A stretch of DNA of 64,000 nucleotides from NCBI GenBank assembly GCA_963695555.1, contig CAVOGR010000002.1, positions 1 through 64,000 on the forward strand. Direction: 5' to 3'. The notes beneath the pieces were generated by a model. It searched no databases. It was not told the DNA's origin and worked only from the letters and a program-made list of their open reading frames with translations. The translations under genes and the position numbers were made by a program. Below, piece by piece: positions 19,236 through 28,332 of the stretch (its first letter is position 1; every line of letters begins with the position of its first letter). Source of the DNA: an uncultured Gemmatimonadales bacterium (GTDB lineage Bacteria > Gemmatimonadota > Gemmatimonadetes > Gemmatimonadales > GWC2-71-9).

Positions 19236-20743
19236 ACGAAGAACCCCGTCCGATGCGAGAATCGGTCCGCCACCAGGAAGTACCGATGTAGCCGTTGCGC
19301 TACCGCCGGGTCTACATCCCCCTCCCGGAATTCGCTGCTGATCACATTCACCAAGAACGACGCGTCGATATCGCGCTGGTTGAAGAAATTCGGCAGCACC
19401 CGGTCTGCGAGGGCCACCCGTTTCGGGCTGAAGAAGAATTCGCGGACGCCCTCCCGTTTGATCTCATCGAGCCGCTCGCGGCTGAATCCGTAGGGTCCCT
19501 CCCGGCTCCGCACGTAGTCCTCTTCGAGCCCCAGCTGGAATGCCTTCATGTCGCAGGTCTGTTCGGCGAGGCGGTAGAGCGGCGTGCCCGGGAAGTAGAC
19601 CACGACGAAAAACATTGCCAGCACCAGGTCGCTCTCATTGGCAAATCGGATGGTCTCGAGCGCCTCCTGTTCGGTTTCGGTCGGGAACCCGAGCATGAAG
19701 TACCCCTTGGAGACGATCCCCTTCGCCGTGCTCCGGGCGATCGCCTGACGGATACGATCGAGCTGCATGTTCTTCTGGATCAACTTCTGAATGCGCGGTG
19801 AGCCGCTCTCAATTGCGTACGAGATGTACCGGACGCCGGCCTCCCACATCGCGTCGACCATCTCATCGTCCACCCGATCGCCGCGCAGGCCGTTGGGAAA
19901 CGAGATGACCAGCTTCAGTCCTTCGCGAACGACGCGGTCGAAGAACGTCATCGCGCGCTCACGATCGAGGTTGAAGATGTCATCGATGATTTGGAAGTTG
20001 GTGATGCCCCACTCGTCGTGGAGCCGCTTCATTTCGGCGAACACTCGCTCGGCGGAGTGCGCCCGCATTCGTTTACCAAACACCTGGTGGCAGTAGAGAC
20101 ATCGGTAGGGACAGCCTCGGGAGCTGAACAGGTTTGCGTGCGTCACGTTGCGGCGGAACGAGAAATCCACGTGCCCTCGGTTGATGCCGAGAAAATCGAC
20201 GAGCCGATGGTCCGGCATAGGCAACGCGTCGAGATTCTCGATCAGCGGCCGGGGCACGAACCGGATGCCGCCGTCATGGCGCACGGCGAGGCCCGGAATG
20301 CCGTCGAGTGATTTCCCGTCGAGCAGCCGGCCGACCAGCTCTACTGCCGTCTGCTCTCCTTCCCCCACGGCCGCGGCATCGAACGCCTCGTCGGCGAGCA
20401 CCTCCTCTGGATTGTCCGACGCGTGTGGTCCGCCGGCCACGACGATGGGCACGCGGTACTCCTGCTTGGCCAGTCGTGCAATCTCGTGCAGCGGGCCACG
20501 ACCCATGGTGAGACTTCGGAGGCCGAGCACATCGGGGGGCCACGCCGCAAGCAGCGCTCTCAGCCGCGCGAGGCCGTCTGTCTTGTGCTCGTAGGATTCA
20601 ATCCTGAGATCTATGCGCTCCCCGAACGCCTGCGTGAGCACCGTACCGATGTAGACCAGGCCGATCGGATATTCCAGCATATCCACTGTGGTGTCGAGCG
20701 TCACATGGCTGACGTCGAGCAGCAGGACCCGGAGCGGCTTCAT
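19232..20743 (-). CDS. Cobalamin-binding radical SAM protein (class B methylase-like)
   Basis: ATG 20743 MKPLRVLLL; PIGLVYI, GGPHAS, GEGE, SRGCPYRCLYC, DDIFN, IESGS, MLGFPTET. Confidence 0.9.
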   Translation of the reverse strand: MKPLRVLLLDVSHVTLDTTVDMLEYPIGLVYIGTVLTQAFGERIDLRIESYEHKTDGLARLRALLAAWPPDVLGLRSLTMGRGPLHEIARLAKQEYRVPIVVAGGPHASDNPEEVLADEAFDAAAVGEGEQTAVELVGRLLDGKSLDGIPGLAVRHDGGIRFVPRPLIENLDALPMPDHRLVDFLGINRGHVDFSFRRNVTHANLFSSRGCPYRCLYCHQVFGKRMRAHSAERVFAEMKRLHDEWGITNFQIIDDIFNLDRERAMTFFDRVVREGLKLVISFPNGLRGDRVDDEMVDAMWEAGVRYISYAIESGSPRIQKLIQKNMQLDRIRQAIARSTAKGIVSKGYFMLGFPTETEQEALETIRFANESDLVLAMFFVVVYFPGTPLYRLAEQTCDMKAFQLGLEEDYVRSREGPYGFSRERLDEIKREGVREFFFSPKRVALADRVLPNFFNQRDIDASFLVNVISSEFREGDVDPAVAQRLHRYFLVADRFSHRTGFFV

Positions 20744-21781
20744 GAGACACCCCCGTCGTGGACCGTGAGCCAGCGAGGGCCGCGGGCGTGGGATAACGTT
20801 GGACCGACAAACAGCACCGTCCCATCGGGCTCGTGTTCGCCGCGGCTCGAGCCCGGCAAGTCGAAACAGCTGCTCGATCAGATGGTTGCGCGCATTGGCG
20901 CGATACCGGGCGGCCAGGGTTGTCGCTCCGTCGAGCGCGGCCTGGCGCCGAACCCAGGCAAGAAAGAATCCGGCTATCCCGCGGGACAGAACCCGGCACG
21001 ACAGCAAGAAGACCGCAAGCTCCCAGCGATCTTTGTGACGACGGCAGGCGGCCACCCCGATCCGTCCGTAGTCGGTGAAACGGTCCGTAAGCTCCGCGAT
21101 GAACAGGCGCCAGCGGTCATCCGTGAGCCAGCCCTCGATGGCGTCGGGCTCCCACACAATGCCGGTTGAGTTCAACTGATGGGTGCGCTGGAGCAACTCC
21201 AACACACGCGCCAGGTCGCCAGGCACTGCATACCGCAGGGTCAACTCGGTGTTACACCATGCCAGGAAGTCGCTTTGAGACATTCCGGATGTTTGCGCTG
21301 CACGCTCGCGCTGTTCCATTCCTCGATAGGTAGCGCGGCGGGAGCGCGATTCGGGCGACAGCGCCGTGGGTGAGAATTCCGGTAGGGTCGGGAGTGCCTG
21401 GCAGGCGTCGGCCGAATAGGTACGGACGGCGGGGAGTATGTGCCGGACTTGTTCACGCTCGAACGCCTCGTCATCGATGAACCCAACGGCATCGAGGGCG
21501 ACATCGAGCTGTGCGGCGATCGTACGCACGCTCCGGACCTTGCTCTCCCAACCGATCTGCGGATGGAGGAAGTAGCGCGCCAGCCCCTTCTGCTGGAGGA
21601 GCCGCTGTGCTTGGTCTGGGTCGTTCCGGCTGGCGACCGATTGCAGGACGCCGCGGCGGTCCAATTCCTCGACCACCCCCCGCACGCCGCGTCGGAGCCG
21701 GCAGGCGTCGGACTCGAGCAGCGTCCCGCTCCACAGCGTGTGGTCGAGGTCCCAGATGAGGCACTTCACGACGTCAGGCAT
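20740..21781 (-). CDS. FkbH-like glyceryl-ACP transferase/phosphatase (HAD-IIIC), frameshift near 20842
   Basis: VKCLIWDLDHTLW, SVASRN, FIDD..FER, RTHQLN, LSCRV; shifted frame ends ...PRWLTVHDGGVS* at TGA 20740. Confidence 0.88.
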
Positions 21782-23105
21782 GGGCCGCCTCGGCGTCACC
21801 ACTGCCCTTACCCCAGTTGCGCCGCTGCGCCAGGTTGAGCTTCAGGGAGAGGATTCCCATCGCCCAACCCAGCCGGTAGGCCGTCTGCACCGCGCCCTTT
21901 ACCACGTTGCCCAGCGAATAGAACTGTTCCTGACACCAGCGGGTCCCCGCCGGCGAGTTCGTCCGCGCTCATCCCTTTCGGGGACGAAGCAGACGTTCGG
22001 GCTGATGTACTTGGACCAGTCCCACTCGGTGATTCGGCCCTCGGCCCGCAATCGGCTGTGGATCGGCGTACCGGGATACGGCACCAGGACGCTGAAGTTC
22101 ACCAGGTTGGCCCCGCCTTCTCGCACCACGCCGAGCGCGCGCTCGAAGACGTCGGGACCATCGTCGTCGAGTCCGAAGACGAAGGCGGCGACGACTGCGA
22201 TCCCCCTGCGTTGGATGGCACGGATCGCCGCGGCATAGCGCTCCTCCGCGCTCTGGCGCGGCACCTTGGTCATGTGGGCCCGTCGGGTCAGCGAATCGAG
22301 GCCGACAAAAAGCCCTATGCAGCCGCTCTCGGCCGCCAGGTCGAGTGCCTGCTCGTCTTCGGCGATGTGCCAGGTCGCTTCCGCGATCCACTGCCGGCCA
22401 ACCGGACGGAGCGCCCGGAACAGCGCGAGGGACCACGCCCGGTCGGCGTAGAGGTTGTCGTCGGCGAACAGCACCGGTTCACCGGGCATGCGCCTGATCT
22501 CATTGGCAACCCGCTCCACACGTCGCAGCCGCGTGCGCATTCCGACGTAGGCGTAGAGCGAGCAGAATTCGCACCCGAACGGACAGCCCTTGCTGCCCTG
22601 CACCACCCACGGGATGCCGGTAGTCCTCGGCCCGCAAGAGCTCGCGCCGCGGCTCCGGGGAGGCGTCGAGATCAACCAGTCGGTCGGCACGGTAGCACCG
22701 GCTCATTGCTCCTCGGCGGAAGTCGTCCACCAGCGTAGGCCAGGTGGCCTCCGCCTCGCCGATCACGATGGCGTCGGCGTGGGCTTGTGCTTCATCGGGG
22801 TTGAGCGAGGTGTGGATCCCGCCGAGCACCACCGGCACTCCATCGGATCGGTACCGCTGCGCCAGCTCGTAGGCGTACGGCGCGGTCGGCGCTTGGACTG
22901 CAATCCCCACGAGATCGGGGCCCCAGTCGCTCGGGATTTCCTCGACCGATTCGTCCACCACGCGCACCTCGATGTCGCGGGGCGTCAGCGCGGCGACCGT
23001 CAGCAGCCCGAGGCCCGGGTATCCGATTCCCTGCCGCAGCCGGCGGCGCTCCTCGACCGCGAGGGAGCGGGCGGTCGTGACGGGGTCGATCAGGAGGAGG
23101 CGCAT
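21774..23105 (-). CDS. Cobalamin-binding radical SAM protein (frameshifts near 22619 and 21950-21980)
   Basis: MRLLLIDP, LGLLTVAALTP, GGIH, GEAE; SKGCPFGCEFC, DDNL, PYPGTP; last frame ends at TGA 21774 overlapping the FkbH ATG. Confidence 0.85.
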
Positions 23106-23375
23106 ACGCCGACCTCGCTTCGCGGCAACGAACATTGCGATGTCCCGAACCGTGGCGAAGTTGCCGATTACCAGCTCGTCGTCCTCCACATGGATCCCGA
23201 AGTGCTGCTCCAGGAACGCGACTACCGAGATCACGCTGCCCGAATCGACGATTCCGCCTTCGAGCAGCAAATCGTCGTCGCGCAGGCTGTCCGGAGGATC
23301 GCCCGGCAAAAAGTTCTCGAGGATGTAGGCCCGTATCTCATGGGCGATCAGCTGCACGCCTGGGTAGACTCGCAT
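23106..23375 (-). CDS. Acyl carrier protein
   Basis: IRAYILENF...LLEGGIVDS..VVAFLEQHFGI.V.D.EL...NFATV; read in frame with the downstream rSAM, probably because of an indel. Confidence 0.85.
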
Positions 23376-24363
23376 TCATACCGCCGCGATTGGATGTTCG
23401 AGCCAACGGTCGGGGGCAAAGAATCCCTGCTCTGCAAACGCGCCAACGGCGTCCACCACGCCCTCAACCAGCGTTCGGCTCCCCTCAAAGCCAAGGAGGG
23501 AGCGCGATTTTGCGGTATTGCAGCCCCAGTAATCGAATTGGCGCGCGCCATGTGCCACGACATCGAATGAGCGCGCCCGCGCAAGCGCCCGGTCTGCAAC
23601 CGCCGGGTCCACTCTTGCAGTACCGGCCAGCAATTCCACGGCCTGGACGACGGCCCGGCTCGAACTCTTCCCACGAGCAGAACGCCGGGTCGGCGACGAG
23701 AAAGAGCTCACCGCTCGGCCCATCCACGTCCAGGGCGCGGAGGCATGCGCGCGCCAAGTCGAGCACGTGCACGAAGCTCAGCTGGACGATCGGCGTCTTC
23801 CATGGACGCTCGCCGGACCGGAGCAGAGTGCGCAGGTGATCGGCGCCGCGCTGGTCCGCGCGGCCATACACGAAGGATGGGCGGAGGATGGTGATGGGGA
23901 GCCGACCGGTATAGCCCAAAGCCACCCGCTCGGCAGCGAGCTTGCTTTCCCCGTACACTGTTTGCGGCCTGCAAGGATCAGTCTCGACGAGGAGGCTCCC
24001 GTTATGCTTTGGTCCCATGGCCGCGAGCGAACTCACCAGCACAACTCGCCGCAGTCCGACACCCGACGCGAGACAGCCATCGAGCAACGCGGCGGTCCCT
24101 CCAACATTGGCGTCTCTCAGCTGCGACGCACGGCGAGCACCGAGAAGTGCGGCAAGATGGATCACGTAATCGGCCTCGGCCACTGCCGCGCGGTAGGTAT
24201 CGGGTTGAGTGACGTCGCCGCGCACCCAGGTGAGCCCGTCGGTTGGCAATCCGGTCGTCTCCCGCCTCGTGAGAGCCAAGACGTGGTGCCCTTCGGCGAG
24301 CAGGGCTTCGACGACTCTTCGCCCAACAAACCCCGAGGCACCGGTAACAAAGACGCTGGTCAT
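23376..24363 (-). CDS. NAD-dependent epimerase/dehydratase (extended SDR), frameshift near 23660
   Basis: VTGASGFVG, HLAA, SSLAA, YGESK, RP..VYG; C-terminus continues in ORF 23376-23723. Confidence 0.85.
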
Positions 24364-25112
24364 GGCTCCGCCCCTTCCGAATGGGTGCCGTTTCCAGCCG
24401 TTACTCGCCGGGCCCGTGCTACTTCAAGGGCTGACGGTCGAGCGCAACGCCAGACGGTGAACCGTACCGGACCCGCGCCGGGCGGGTACGCGATTGCGAG
24501 CCACGTTCCGCCGTGCGATTCGGCCACCACATACCAGGGCCCCTCACCCACTCGCCGATCTCGCACGCGTACCAACCACCCGTCGCCGTAGAGACCCGCG
24601 ATCACGGTGCGTCTGGGATGCACGGCAAGGCCGGTGCCCATCGCCTTGAGCACGGCCTCTTTGACGGTCCATGTCACGGTCGGCACCTGCGCGTCGGCCA
24701 CGCCGGCGGCGGCAACAAACGCGAGCTCACGCGCACAAGCCACTTCGTGTGCGAACGCTTCACCCCACCGGTGTGCCGGCTCGAGATCCGCCCCGAGCGG
24801 CACCCGTCCGACCGCGCCGAGCCCACACCCTCCGGCGTGCGCGATCGAGCAATGCACGGCAGAGCCCACGATCTTGGGTCGGCCCGCCGAGTCACGGATT
24901 ACTTCGATTTCGGAGAACTCGCGTGGTCCGCCAGCTCGCCGGTAGGCCTGCTTGAGCGCGAGCCGGCCTGCAAACCAATGCCCCTGGCGCCTCACCGGCA
25001 GGCGGTCGTATTCGAGGTGTTCCCTGTCGGTGAGCCACTCGGATAGGAGCATCTCAGTCATGCAGGGCCGAGCCCGAATGAGCACAGCTTCAATAGACAA
25101 ATCGCCAAGCAT
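24360..25112 (-). CDS. 4'-phosphopantetheinyl transferase (Sfp-type)
   Basis: AGRLALKQA, GRP, SIAH, GADLE, WTVKEAVLKAMGTGL. Confidence 0.9.
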   Translation of the reverse strand: MLGDLSIEAVLIRARPCMTEMLLSEWLTDREHLEYDRLPVRRQGHWFAGRLALKQAYRRAGGPREFSEIEVIRDSAGRPKIVGSAVHCSIAHAGGCGLGAVGRVPLGADLEPAHRWGEAFAHEVACARELAFVAAAGVADAQVPTVTWTVKEAVLKAMGTGLAVHPRRTVIAGLYGDGWLVRVRDRRVGEGPWYVVAESHGGTWLAIAYPPGAGPVRFTVWRCARPSALEVARARRVTAGNGTHSEGAEP

Positions 25113-25211
25113 GCTGGAGTGGTCTCTCTGACTGAGGTCAGTTGGGCCTATCCGCAACAAGGGATCTCCTCGCAACGGGCGGGCTCTTCGATGCCCCGTG
25201 CTCTGACCTCG

Positions 25212-25243
25212 ACAGTGACGGTCCGGTATCAAGTACCAGTCAA
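25212..25243 (-). promoter_or_regulatory. SARP-type promoter box upstream of lipid cluster
   Basis: - strand: TTGACTG-gtac-TTGATAC-N8-CACTGT. Confidence 0.6.
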
Positions 25244-25281
25244 GCCAGCGCCAAGGCCGCTCAAACGAGGCCTTCTATCGG

Positions 25282-25481
25282 CTCAGGCGGGTTCGCGGAT
25301 GGAGGGGCGTCAGGAAGGCGGCGTCAGACCAGCGGCGGGCTCGCCCGAGACAGGGGCGAAGAAGTCACTATTGCGCCCTCTTACCACTGGGGAGAGGAAG
25401 CCATTGTGAATTGTAGGGGAAAACTTCTTCAGAAATGAATGGATTAGGGTTCTCCCTAATCCCGACGAAGGAATTCAGGTT
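25282..25481 (-). promoter_or_regulatory. Conserved upstream element, copy 3
   Basis: GATTAGGG-ttct-CCCTAATC dyad, TGAA-N17-TTCA, GGCGTCAG x2; colinear with copy 2. Confidence 0.7.
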
Positions 25482-25572
25482 CTTGCATGGGAGGCGTTGG
25501 CGGGTCGGGAAGGCGGGAAGGCGGTCGGTCGGAAAGTCGGAAAGTCGGTCGGAGGGTCGACCTCCTTACTCC

Positions 25573-26496
25573 TTAGATCTCGCTTCCCGTCTTCCCGTCT
25601 TTCCGCCTTCCCGCTTCAATCACCGTCCCCGCATGAATCTCAACCGTATCCCGCGGCTCCATCGCGTATCCGCCCGCCGTCATCGTCGCGACCGGGACGC
25701 CCGCTGTGCCCAAGACATCCAGCACTAGCCGGTCGCGGCGGCGGAGACCATCGAGCGTCAGCCCTAGTCCGCCCAGCTGGTCGAGTTCATACGGGTCGGC
25801 GCCGGCCAGGTAATACGCCAGGTCGGGCCCGTGGCGGGCGACGATCTCAGGCAGGTGCTCTTCGAGAAGGTCCAAGTATTCCTGGTCCTGGATCCGGTCG
25901 GGCAGCCCCAGGTCCAAGTCGCTGGGCGGCTTCAGGGCCGGGTAGTTGTTCTGCTGATGCATCGAGAAGGTGAAGACCGTGGGATCATCGGCAAAGATCG
26001 CCGCGGTGCCGTTTCCGTGGTGGACGTCGAGGTCGATCACCATGGCCCGCTCGATTGCCTGGTCGCGCTGCAACACTCGGATGGCGATGGCGACATCATT
26101 GATCAGGCAGAACCCTTCGCCATGATCGGCATAGGCATGATGGAACCCGCCACCCAGGTGCGCCGCCACCCTATGCTCCAGCGCTTTCCTTCCCGTCAAC
26201 GTCGACCCGCCGGCGCAGAGCCACATGGCCTCCCTGAGCTCCGCCGAGTATGGCACCTCGAGCAGCATCTCCTCGGCGTCCGACAGCCAACCTGCCTTGA
26301 TCTTCTGGAGCCACTCTGGCGTGTGCACCAACGCCACGTCGGCGTCGGCCGCGGGCTCGGGGGTGAGGATGTCGGCTTCCTCAATAGTGCCGTCCTCGAT
26401 CAGCCGCTCGCGGACCAGCCGGAACTTGGCGGTGACGAATACGTGGGCGCCGATGTTGACTTCGTAGAGCGGATGGTGGACAACGGGGAGGGACAT
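25573..26496 (-). CDS. Histone deacetylase family protein
   Basis: GGGFHHA, GFCLINDVA, DLDVHHGNGT, AGADP, GGY. Confidence 0.92.
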   Translation of the reverse strand: MSLPVVHHPLYEVNIGAHVFVTAKFRLVRERLIEDGTIEEADILTPEPAADADVALVHTPEWLQKIKAGWLSDAEEMLLEVPYSAELREAMWLCAGGSTLTGRKALEHRVAAHLGGGFHHAYADHGEGFCLINDVAIAIRVLQRDQAIERAMVIDLDVHHGNGTAAIFADDPTVFTFSMHQQNNYPALKPPSDLDLGLPDRIQDQEYLDLLEEHLPEIVARHGPDLAYYLAGADPYELDQLGGLGLTLDGLRRRDRLVLDVLGTAGVPVATMTAGGYAMEPRDTVEIHAGTVIEAGRRKDGKTGSEI

Positions 26497-26500
26497 AGGC

Positions 26501-26547
26501 TGGCTATTGGCTATTGGCTATTGGCTATTGGCTATTGGCTATTGGCT
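26501..26547. repeat. (TGGCTAT)n heptamer array, inverted partner at 27011-27031
   Basis: Six full copies plus a partial; AATAGC(T/C) x3 at the far side of the adjacent gene. Confidence 0.9.
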
Positions 26548-26659
26548 TCGCAGGGGTAACGGATTGAATCCGTATGTAAAGGATTATGCCTGCGTTGGAT
26601 TCGCCCAGCCGCCAGAGGTGATCATTGCTAGCCTTCCGATCCCCTCAACTGCAATCACA

Positions 26660-27019
26660 ATGGGCGCATTCCACAAGCTCAGGGTGTGGCGTGAGGCCCA
26701 TGGCCTCGCCCTCCTGACTTACAGAACCACCGCTGTCTATCCCAAGGCCGAAATGTACGGCCTTACCTCCCAGATGAGACGAGCTGCCGTCTCTGTCATG
26801 AGCAACATCGCAGAAGGATGCGGCAGAAATGGCGATCGGGAACTAGCCCGGTTCCTGAGTATCGCACTCGGCTCACTTACCGAACTAGAGTCCCTGACAC
26901 TGCTCTCGCAGAGCCTGGACATGTGCGACAAGGCCGCCTGCACGGAAATGATCAACGTAATTCGGCCACTCAGTAAGATGCTTGCAAGGCTGCGAGGATC
27001 TCTTCAGACCAATAGCTAA
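26660..27019 (+). CDS. Four-helix-bundle protein (23S rRNA IVS protein / Avd-like family)
   Basis: L.VW..A..L....Y..T..YP..EMYGLTSQMRRAAVSVMSNIAEGCGR...FLSIA.GS..E. Confidence 0.92.
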   Translation: MGAFHKLRVWREAHGLALLTYRTTAVYPKAEMYGLTSQMRRAAVSVMSNIAEGCGRNGDRELARFLSIALGSLTELESLTLLSQSLDMCDKAACTEMINVIRPLSKMLARLRGSLQTNS

Positions 27020-27032
27020 TAGCCAATAGCTC

Positions 27033-28034
27033 TTAACCCTTCACCCCAGCTTCCTTGCGCACCCCCAACGCCATGGCGAGGGGAATCACCGCAATCAGCA
27101 TCGGCCAGTAGATTGAAGTCGGAATATCGAACTCCCGCACGAACGCCCAATCGACAAAGCCTATGAGCGACGGCACCAGCCCGATCGCGAGTCCGATCAG
27201 GACTATGCTCATGCCCGATCGCGCGAGCTCCGCGCGCGGAGTGGTGACCCAGGTGTGCGCCACGGCCACGAGGGCCAGGATCAAGTAGGTGAGCAACAAC
27301 AGATAGCCCGGGCCGCCGTAGGTGTGGTAGAGCGCCGGGTGGGTGACCAGCTCCAGCACCAGGAGCGGCAGGAACAGGACCCACAAGCCGTAGATAATCC
27401 GCGTGGTCATCGTGCTCGCGCCGGGGCGCTTCGTGATCGGATATGTAAGGAAATAGCGGAGCAGGAATGCGGCCCATAGAATCAGCGCGGCGAAGGAGAT
27501 GTGACCCACCACCCCGTTCAGCCGGCCCAGGCTGGGCCCCATGCCGAGCATGCCGATGCCCGCGGCCATGCCAATCGCGGCGAGTTTCTCGGCATGAACG
27601 GTCCCGACCGTGAACAGCGCCCACACGCCCGACCAGAGAAACGCGAGCCCCACCAGTGCCGCACCCAGCCGGAGCATGATGACGCTTCTGGGCGTCGGGC
27701 CGTAGGTCACGTGGAGCGTTACCAGTTCCCCACCCCGGTCTACCACGAACCGCTGCGCCTGCCCCACCCGCGGTGCGAGTGCCCGCGGCCAGCGCGACTG
27801 CATGCCCAGCCCCTCGACCGGGATGCTCTCGACCGTGACCACCCGGTCGCCGGGGCGGAATCCGGCCGAGTCGGCAAGCCCACCCGGAATGACGCCCTGC
27901 ACCACGTAGTCGGGGCCGTAGAACGCGTCGCTGTATCCCTGACTCCGATTCACGATGAAGCCGGCGAGGGCCCACAGGGTGATGAGGACGGCAGTGAGTA
28001 GGACGGTGGGACGGTGTGATAGTAGGGAGGGCAT
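27033..28034 (-). CDS. PDZ-domain multi-pass membrane protein
   Basis: VIPGGLADSAGFRPGDRVVTV PDZ-like segment followed by ~7 TM helices. Confidence 0.7.
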   Translation of the reverse strand: MPSLLSHRPTVLLTAVLITLWALAGFIVNRSQGYSDAFYGPDYVVQGVIPGGLADSAGFRPGDRVVTVESIPVEGLGMQSRWPRALAPRVGQAQRFVVDRGGELVTLHVTYGPTPRSVIMLRLGAALVGLAFLWSGVWALFTVGTVHAEKLAAIGMAAGIGMLGMGPSLGRLNGVVGHISFAALILWAAFLLRYFLTYPITKRPGASTMTTRIIYGLWVLFLPLLVLELVTHPALYHTYGGPGYLLLLTYLILALVAVAHTWVTTPRAELARSGMSIVLIGLAIGLVPSLIGFVDWAFVREFDIPTSIYWPMLIAVIPLAMALGVRKEAGVKG

Positions 28035-28119
28035 GGTGCTGAAAAGCTATCAGTCGATGAGGCGTTGAGAAAGTAGTGAGTAGGGAGTGGGGAGTGGGAT
28101 TGTCGGACATTGCATCCGA

Positions 28120-28193
28120 TGTCATCCCGAGCAGAGCGAGGGATCTTCTCAATCAACGAGATCCCTCGGGTGCTTCGCACCCTCGGGATGACA
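28120..28193. repeat. REP-like palindromic element copy A
   Basis: TGTCATCCCGAG...GAGGGATCT / GAGATCCCTCGGG..CTTCGCACCCTCGGGATGACA. Confidence 0.85.
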
Positions 28194-28212
28194 GTCCCGT
28201 GGCTATCCTGTC

Positions 28213-28332
28213 CTCCTTACTCCTCACTCCTTACTCCTTACTCCTTACTCCTTACTCCTCACTCCTCACTCTTTGCTCCTCGCTATCTACTCCTCGCCTC
28301 CTACTCCCTACTCCCTACTCCCTACTCCCCTA
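28213..28332. repeat. (CTCC[TC][TC]A)n heptamer array
   Basis: Tandem ctcctta/ctcctca/ctcccta; representative of arrays in most intergenic regions. Confidence 0.9.

Noticed and set aside
19232..21802. 856-aa FkbH-radical SAM fusion in the ORF track
   Set aside because: A frame change near 20842 gives a normal FkbH C-terminus ending at TGA 20740, overlapping ATG 20743; the linker in the fused frame is off-frame junk
22500..23375. ACP-B12 radical SAM fusion
   Set aside because: GAGGT RBS precedes ATG 23105 and an alternative frame ends EVGVCASS*, a typical overlap; probably an indel, though not excluded without reads
26660..27019. Diversity-generating retroelement or rRNA intervening sequence
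   Set aside because: No reverse transcriptase, TR/VR pair or rRNA sequence seen in the window
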